Shown here one piece after another: positions 55,200 to 64,000 of a DNA stretch of 64,000 nt (the first letter of the stretch is position 1; each line of letters begins with the position of its first letter). This DNA comes from Eledone cirrhosa. Lineage: Eukaryota. A model generated the notes under the pieces. The model was not told the DNA's origin and searched no databases. It saw only the letters and a program-made list of their open reading frames with translations. The stretch spans positions 21,198 through 85,197 of the forward strand of contig CAXHJY010001670.1 of assembly GCA_964016885.1 (NCBI GenBank), read 5' to 3'. The position numbers and the translations under genes are program-made.

Positions 55200-55650
55200 C
55201 GCCCAAACGCATGATGCAGATTGCTGCAATCTTCGTAATAAGCGACCAATCTAGGCTCTGCTGCAATTCGAATCAAGGAGGGGAAACTCTCGAAATATAG
55301 TTCGCTCTCCGACAGGCTTGTGGTCGAGTCCGTGGAAGTAGAGACTTCTAGTGTCCCCTTGACCCGAGCCCCCCCCCCCCCTCCCCTACTCACCACCATC
55401 GGTACTGAGTTGGCTACCAGCAGGTGTGAGCCTCGCGAGCTGAAATGGCTCTTACAGCGCGTCTCCCTCGCCATCCTCCGGGGAAACGCCTTCTCTATTC
55501 TGTCCGCCGGGACGACAGGGCGGCCAAGGCGTGGGCCCCCATTTGCTCCCAATAGTGAGAGATAGGGAGAACAAGAGAAACGGAGACAGTATCAGTGAGA
55601 GTTTAGTTCTTTTGTGTTCGGATCTGGTGTATATTTAAATATAATTGTAT
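55200..55650 (+). pseudogene. CRE-like retrotransposon 3' fragment
   Basis: AA....K..KYSSL......VEVET...WLLQRVSLAILRGNA, matching the QRxSxAIxRGNA C-terminal motif. Confidence 0.7.
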
Positions 55651-55663
55651 TATTTGGGTGTAG

Positions 55664-56000
55664 TTGAGTTCAAATCCCGCCGAGGTTAGCTTTGACTTTC
55701 ATCCTTACGGGGTCGATAAAATAAAGTACCAGTGATACACTGGAGTCGGTTTAATCAACTTTCCTCTCCCCCAAAATTACTGGTCTTGTGCCAAAAGTAG
55801 AAACCATTATTATAATTATGACGGTGAGGGTAGAGGCTCGGACGTCATGCTTTGCAGCAAAGAGTTACGGCCCTTTACGATCTGAGTTTAAATCCCGCCG
55901 AAGTTAACTTTGCCTTTCATCGTTACGGGGTCGATAAAATAAAGTACCAGTCATGCACTGGGAAATTGCTGGCCTTGTGCTAAAAACAGAAACAATTATT
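55664..56000 (+). mobile_element. Two tandem SINEs
   Basis: Common family motifs occur twice. Confidence 0.8.
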
Positions 56001-56425
56001 TGTGTGTAGCGAATGGCGCATTATTACTCATTTTGACAGCCTGATCACAAACTTATATTGAATCTGGGACTGCAATTCCTCCTGGTCCAGTGTAACTTAG
56101 CTGCAGGGTTGTTTGTGTTTGTGTTTGTATTTCAGTTTGCCTTCTAATAACATTAAATTACATGTTGTCGTCTACGGCTCACTTACATATTGCATTTAAT
56201 TTTCGCTTAAATGAATGTAATTGACATTCAGATATTTTCACAATCATAGTCAAGTCGAGAATGAAAAATAACGATATTCGTGTAAAATAAACGAGGTGGG
56301 TTTGGTTGGAAACGTATATTTAAAATAAAGTTTCTGGGTTCTGGGTCCAACATTTGTGAATAGAAACGCTTCTTAAATGTCAACATTAACAATTAATTAC
56401 ACTGTCATTACAGGAATCATATTGA

Positions 56426-56534
<109 letters not shown>

Positions 56535-56614
56535 TACATACATGCATATATGTATATATATATATATATACCACATTATATGGTTACATATCTATCTATC
56601 CTTTTCTTTCTCTC

Positions 56615-56668
<54 letters not shown>

Positions 56669-56712
56669 TATATTTCTATATATATTTCTCTCTATATATA
56701 TGTTCGTATGTA

Positions 56713-56750
<38 letters not shown>

Positions 56751-56846
56751 ATGAAATACCAATGATCGTTGGCAAATCACTGATGAGGGACTAATTTTAT
56801 AATATGTAATCCATGTGCAACCATGCAGTATTCTTCTCCCCATATT

Positions 56847-56902
<56 letters not shown>

Positions 56903-56904
<2 letters not shown>

Positions 56905-57087
56905 CAAAGGAATTGTGGTAAGGAACCAGATGGACCATAACGCACCAGAGTACTCAATACTTAGGGTAGTAGAGTGGAAAATAGGAAAAAAGTATGACCC
57001 CGACGGCAGAGCTCAAACCGTTTCGACGGCTATTTCAGAAATAGCCGTCGAAACGGCTTGAGCTCTGCCGTCGGGGTCATACTTTTT

Positions 57088-57091
<4 letters not shown>
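56903..57091 (-). mobile_element. Fold-back mini-element family B
   Basis: Palindrome centred at gctatttc-a-gaaatagc; (TA)n on both sides. Confidence 0.78.
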
Positions 57092-57150
<59 letters not shown>

Positions 57151-57198
57151 ATATATTTCTATATATATTTACCTCTCTATATATATGTTCGTATGTAC

Positions 57199-57246
<48 letters not shown>

Positions 57247-57352
57247 ATTTCTATATATATTTCTCTCTCTACATATATATGTTCGTATGTGTGTGTGTGT
57301 GTGTGTATTTCTATATATATTTCTCTCTCTACATATATATATTCGTATGTAC

Positions 57353-57401
<49 letters not shown>

Positions 57402-57627
57402 TATATTTCTATATATATATGTAGGCATGCGAGCGTGTGTATGTGATCGCTGATTTATTGGAATCGTGCTAATTTACTGAAACGTAGCACTGAAATTTTA
57501 CCGTTCTCTGCACAAGACCTTTTAAGGTCGAACATCTTGAATAAACCCATGTTTTTATTTCAGATTACCATCACACACATTGTTTGGTTTTTAAATCTCT
57601 ATATATACGGCTGTATGCATGCATATA

Positions 57628-57722
<95 letters not shown>

Positions 57723-57846
57723 CGTTTCTGAATTTGAAGTTTGTAGATTTGTAAATTTATAAATTTATAAATATATAATAAATTGAAGTGAAAGCAACTG
57801 GTGCGTGTGTTTCTTATTGGCAACATGACCCTCCCAAAGTATAACA

Positions 57847-57877
<31 letters not shown>

Positions 57878-57954
57878 TAAATATATATTTATATATATAT
57901 ATATATATACAGAATACCTTTACAAACCCACATTGTATGTGTGTGTGTATATGA

Positions 57955-58018
<64 letters not shown>

Positions 58019-58176
58019 ATATATATATATGTATGTGTGTGTATGTATGCATATATATATATTTATGTATGTATGTATATATATATATATGTGTATGTGT
58101 ATGCATATATATATATACATACATATTATGTATACATGCATATATATACATACATACACATACATACATATATACG

Positions 58177-58219
<43 letters not shown>

Positions 58220-58358
58220 TACACATACATATATACATACATATATACATACATATATATATATATGTATGTGTATGTATGTGTATGTGTATGTATATAT
58301 GTATGCGTATCGTATGTATGTATATATATATATATGTATGTATGTGCATGTATGCATG

Positions 58359-58400
<42 letters not shown>

Positions 58401-58869
58401 CGTGTGTGTGTATATATGTATATATATATGTACAACAACATACTCGATCTCGAGTGAGGACGGGGCCGTGGTTTCATATTATTTTTCTATTACAAGTTGT
58501 TAAGTATCAAAGTGTTTCATCAGATATCTACGATTAGATAATTGGATATTGTAATCTAGAACATAGAATATAGTATAGTACATTATAGTACAGTCATCTA
58601 TCATGTGATAGATATTACGGCGAAAGACTTTCATCTTATCTCAGAATAAATCACAAGTGAACGCTAGCCGTACACGTGTGTTTTCATTTAAATGGATTGC
58701 TGTTGGAATATTCTGTATTCTACTGCATATAGCGTTTAGATTCATAAGCCGTTATCAGTTTTTCTTGCTTTCTTATTTACTTTCTTCATTGTGTTAAACT
58801 ATTGAATCGCTATTGAATCAGTATTGTATATCTCTGAGAATCTCTCGTAATATGTAATATGTAATAGAT

Positions 58870-60120
58870 ATAATGGTTTCTACTTTTGGCACCAGGCCAG
58901 CAATTATCCCAGTGCATTACTGGTACTTTATTTTATCGACCCCCGTAAGGATGAAAGGCAAAGTTAACCTCGGCGGGATTTGAACTCAGATCATAAAGAG
59001 AGGTAACTCTATGCTTCAAAGCATGGCGCCCGACCCTCTACCGATACTGCCAATCCACAATCGTTTTGGATTTAAGCACAAGATCAAGAATTTGTTTGTT
59101 TTGTTGGTTGTTTTTTTGGGGTGGGAGGGTGGGTGGAGTCGATTAAATCGATCTCAGTGTGTAACTGGTACTCTTTATTTTATCGACATTTTTTAGAATG
59201 AAAGGCAAAGCTGACATGGGCGGGATTTGAACTCAGAACGCAAAGAGAAGTAATTATATGCTTCAACAAAATAATGGATTCTGATTTAAACACAAGGCCA
59301 ACACTTTTGTGGGAAAGGGAAAGTCGAACAAATTGAGCCCCAGTGCATAACTGGTACTTTATTTTATCGACCCCCGTAAAGATGAAAGGCAAAGTTCACC
59401 ACAGCGGGATTTGAACTCAGGTCGTAAAGGGACGGGACCAAATACCGCAAAGCACATTGTCCGACGCTCTAATGATTCTGTGATTAATACTAATAATAAT
59501 TGTTTCTACTTTAGGCACAAGGCCAGCAATTACCCAGTGTATTACTGGTACTTTATTTTATCGACTTTTTAAGGATGAAAGGCAAAGCTAACTTCGGCGG
59601 GATTTGAACTCAGCATGTAAAGGGCCGTTTCTCGACGCTCTACCGCCTTCGTAGTAGGTATAATGCGGAGGTTAACTTTGCCTTTCATCCTTACGGGGTC
59701 GATAAAATAAAGTACCAGTAATGCACTGGGCTAATTGCTGGCCTTGTGCCAAAAGTAGAAAAAATTACTATTTTGATATATAATTCTTTATGATAAAGTG
59801 GTGGGTTGGTAGAATTGGTAGAGCGATAAAATGCCATTGCATTATTTGCCCTGGTCCTTACGTTCTGAGTTCAAATCTTATCGAGGTCAACTTTGCTTTT
59901 TATCTCTCCAGGGTCGATAAAATAATGTACCAGTCAAGTTCTCGGGTAGATTTAATCAGCTTTGCCTTTTATCTCTGCCAGGGGTCGATAAAATAAAATG
60001 CCAGTCAAGTACTGGGGTTGCTAAAATAAACTACCAGTCAAATACTGAGGTTGATTTTATCAACTCTGCCTTTCTTCCCGCCAATAAAATAAAGTACCAG
60101 TCAATTACTGGGGTTGGACT
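58870..60120. mobile_element. Dense SINE cluster (about four minus-strand then plus-strand copies)
   Basis: Common family motifs repeated. Confidence 0.8.
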
Positions 60121-60127
60121 GATTTAA

Positions 60128-60357
60128 CCCTTTAGCAATTAAACCGGCCATATCCGGCCAGGATTCTCTCACCTCTTTCTGTTCAAACCGGTCATAACCA
60201 GCTGTAACTGGCCCATCATTCTTATGTTAGGGTATTGTTCTCAAAATAAATAATATCAAAATCTCATTGATTCAATATTATGTGAGATATTATATAAGGT
60301 AAAGCCTTTACCGTGAAAATACAATAGTAAATATAGAGTAATGTAAATACTGAAGGG
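60128..60357. mobile_element. piggyBac-like MITE
   Basis: TTAA-ccctttagca...tactgaaggg-TTAA; inserted within a SINE whose tail resumes at ~60362. Confidence 0.75.
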
Positions 60358-61067
60358 TTAACCAACTTTACTTTTCCCTCAAATTTTCTGGCCTTGTGCC
60401 TAAATTAAAATCAACATATTATTTCTTTTGATTTCAGAAAAATATTTCTCGTCGTTTTATTTCTCAGTATTTTCCCCCTTCTATCTGGATATATGTTAAA
60501 TTAAATGATAAAACTGTGATTGATGTTTTTTTTCCTGTAACATTCTTTCCATGAAACAACACAGTCATTATATCTAACCGTGTTTTATGAGTATTGTAAA
60601 TGTTCATTATATAATGGTATATACCGATTTCTTTATCGTTAATTGGAAATCCTAATCTTTCTGCACATGCTATTAATAAATTATATTCTCCTTTGGTTTA
60701 TCTGATTGAAAATATCTGATGAAAGTTCCATATATTCTCGTCACTCTCTTCTAATAAACCAGTTCCTGATAAAATCTAACCAATGATCTTTAACAGAAAA
60801 TTTCTACACCTCCATAATACACCACAGAGAATATGAATTGACTGGTTTTATTATATATTAATATATATTAATAGAATTTTTACTAAACGAGAAAATAACA
60901 AGACCATGTTAATGGATTTACAACCACTAGAAAATATACTTATACATCGACCTACAAGAGAACAGATGTCTTGAGCTAACTGAGTCTCACTCAGGTCTTA
61001 TGCAGTCAGAACTACCAGATAAACCACTCTAGATAGTGACTGATATACTGATATATATATATATATA

Positions 61068-61126
<59 letters not shown>

Positions 61127-61139
61127 TTAATATAGATGA

Positions 61140-61188
61140 GATTCTACAGGACTAGAACTGTTTCATTCATTAGAAATCATCAGGAATC
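61140..61188 (-). ncRNA. Type I hammerhead ribozyme motif
   Basis: Reverse complement of 61350-61398. Confidence 0.75.
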
Positions 61189-61349
61189 TGGGTATCAAAA
61201 AATAAATATGGTATTTATAGGTCTCTACAAGTGGTAGGAGAGGGTGGGGAGTGGGATGGGTGCAGGTCATTGGTTGACCCATCCCACTCCCCACCCTCTC
61301 CTACCACTTGTAGAGACCTATAAATACCATATTTATTTTTTGATACCCA

Positions 61350-61398
61350 GATTCCTGATGATTTCTAATGAATGAAACAGTTCTAGTCCTGTAGAATC
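61350..61398 (+). ncRNA. Type I hammerhead ribozyme motif
   Basis: gattc-CTGATGA-t-ttc(taat)gaa-t-GAAACAG-ttctagtc-CTGTA-gaatc; all core nucleotides present, GUA cleavage triplet. Confidence 0.78.
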
Positions 61399-61481
61399 TC
61401 ATCTATATTAAAACTTTTATACTCTGCTATGTATTGAGTACCTTACTTACTGTGGTTACCTCCGATTCAACCCGGAATAAC

Positions 61482-61529
<48 letters not shown>

Positions 61530-61607
61530 TATTATTATTATTACATATCCCTAATTCTGTGTTTCAAGAAAAGTTTTTTATCGAGACAATTGTAATAATA
61601 ATAATAA

Positions 61608-61780
61608 TAATTGTTTCTACTTTTGGCACAAGGCCAGCAATTACTCAGTGCATTACTGGTACTTTATTTTATCGACCCCGTAAGGATGAAAGGCAAAGTT
61701 AACCTCGGCGGGATTTGAACTCAGAATGGCAAGGGCCGTAACTCTATGCGTCAAAGCATGGCGTCCGACCCTCTACCGAA
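61608..61780 (-). mobile_element. tRNA-headed SINE
   Basis: Common family; tail abuts (TAA)n. Confidence 0.85.
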
Positions 61781-62291
61781 ATGATGATGTGTGAGTATAT
61801 AATGTGACAATAAGAATTACGCCTTTTTTAAAAACTTTATTTCATATTACAATGTTTTCTATATTGACGCATTCGACGAATGCGAGAAAGTTCTCCAGGA
61901 AAGTTAACCAGGAATCTTTAAAAATCTCCCCACCGAAGTTATCAAAGAACTTACTAAATCTACAAAACCAAATTGTAAAATCATAATATTATAAAATTCA
62001 ATTAAATTGTTTAGAGCTACAAGTGAAATCATCCTTTTCCCTTAAAATAAAATGTATATATATATATATATCATCATCATCATCTCCATTTAACGTTCAT
62101 TTTTCCACGCTGAACACACCTACGTATGGATATACAGTAGAGAGAAAAACCTGGCGACATAATTCTCAAACAATTCTTTGACAAAAAACCCCATATATTT
62201 TTAGATTAAAAGTAACATTGTTAGCTGTCATCACGTGGTTTTGTATACCAAGAGAATTAAGTTAACCGTCTATCTGTGCTTGCGTACCTAT

Positions 62292-62344
<53 letters not shown>

Positions 62345-62710
62345 AGTGTAAGTTTCTACACAAAACGAAGGTTATAGAGAAAATTGAGGTTGGTAATGGC
62401 ACATGGAATATATAAGAGACAGAATACTTTTTTGTGAAAAAACATAATTTTATAAGGTAAGGAAATAATAAAGGGTATAAAAAAGCCATCTTTTCAAATG
62501 TTGATTAATATTAAGAAAATTAACAATAAGGAGAGTTAAAATTTGAGATTTGAAAATTCAAGTATAAAATTCAGTGTGGGATTTCATAGTAGTTTTCATC
62601 TTGGTAGCAGCAAGTTGACTGCTGTGTGCCTTTATATATATATATGTATGTATATATGTATATATGTATGTATATATGTCTGTATATATGTATGTATGGA
62701 TATATGTATG

Positions 62711-62744
<34 letters not shown>

Positions 62745-62844
62745 TGTATGTATGTATGTATGTATGTATGTATGTATATATATATGTGTGTATATATATA
62801 TATGTGTGTATGTATATATATGTGTGTATGTATATATATGTGTG

Positions 62845-62882
<38 letters not shown>

Positions 62883-63214
62883 AACGAAGAATAAACTCTG
62901 ATGTGAATTTAACCTTAAAACCCCTCCTGGGTCGCGTACTAATCATTTTTTGTTTTCTATGCTCTTGAGAAGCCCTCTTTGGGCGAAACGTACATAGGTG
63001 CATTGTTATATAATCTGTTTTAACGGTATTTACTCCTTTGTATTCATTTCTCTTGTAACAGCTCTGCTTATTTTCTCGCCCACTAAATATTAACGCTTCT
63101 AATATTTAACCCTGTAGGCACAAGTATTGAGCTCATTTGCACAAACTATTGGCAACTAAATATATGTATCGCTTATCTCTCCTTTTTTTTCTCTCTCTCT
63201 CGATACTTAAACAT

Positions 63215-63253
<39 letters not shown>

Positions 63254-63569
63254 ATATATCGTTTTTGAATTTGTTTTGCTAGATATCTTATCTGAAAACG
63301 TGTGTGGAAACAGGTATTGTTATACTTTGGGGGGGGGGGGGGGGGGGGGGTCATGCTGCAAATAAAAACACATGCACCTGTGATTTTCACTTCAATTTAT
63401 TATAAATTTCCGGTTGGTTGGCTGGTTGGTTGGTTCGATAACCGGATGGTTATTTATATATTGTTAAAGCTCTTTCGTCACACATTTTGTGACATCCTCG
63501 GTGACTGGGTTTTTATTTTGTCTCTCCTTTGTTCTGACCTACACTATCTTGTTTTTTGTGTGTTGTAAA

Positions 63570-64000
63570 CACACAACAACAACAATAGCAACAACAACAA
63601 CAGCACCACCACCAACAGCAACAACGACAACAACAACAACAACAACACCAACAACAACCACCAACAACAACAACAATAACAACAACAAACACCAGCAACA
63701 ACAACAACACCGCCACCAACAACACCACCACCAGCAACAACGACACAACAGCAACCACCACCACCACCAACAACAACAATAACAACAACAACAAACACCA
63801 GCAACAACAACAACACCGCCACCAACAACACCACCACCAGCAACAAAGACACAACAGCAACCACTACCACTAACAAACAATGACAACAGCAACTGCAGCA
63901 CCACCACCACCAACAACAATAACAACAATGACAGCAACAACAACAACCCCCAACAACAACAACCCCCACCACCAACAACAATGACAACAGCAACTGCAGC
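63570..64000. repeat. Degenerate (CAA/CCA)n repeat with internal duplications
   Basis: Direct reading. Confidence 0.9.

Larger units (their letters stand above)
61124..61482 (+). mobile_element. Fold-back mini-element family A with 138-bp inverted arms
   Basis: 61124-61261 is the reverse complement of 61277-61414; 15-nt loop; 68-bp tail; (TA)n on both sides. Confidence 0.85.

Noticed and set aside
61124-61414. Endogenous viroid or viroid-like circular RNA
   Set aside because: HHRs in both polarities arise from a perfect inverted duplication. Each strand has only one sense ribozyme, so no unit-length circle is predicted.

Overview
AT-rich, repeat-saturated eukaryotic DNA. The SINE sequences and the density of (TA)n/(CA)n/(TATG)n tracts suggest an octopod cephalopod (inferred, not proven). 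I find no convincing host protein-coding exon; most ORFs in the track are microsatellite translations. Real coding signal is limited to transposon relics: a Penelope-like GIY-YIG endonuclease, a Buster-type hAT transposase, and RTE, Tx1/L1, R4/Dong-like and CRE-like LINE fragments. The window also holds many tRNA-headed SINEs, several MITEs, a multi-copy internally deleted RTE element and two minisatellites. The most notable structure is a set of sequence-distinct short elements embedded in (TA)n tracts. They are often fold-back palindromes and carry type I hammerhead ribozyme (HHR) motifs, some canonical and some variant. Their layout matches the pseudo-LTR of the Penelope-like element at 29.4-31.6 kb. 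All pairings were read by eye and boundaries are approximate unless a TSD is quoted.
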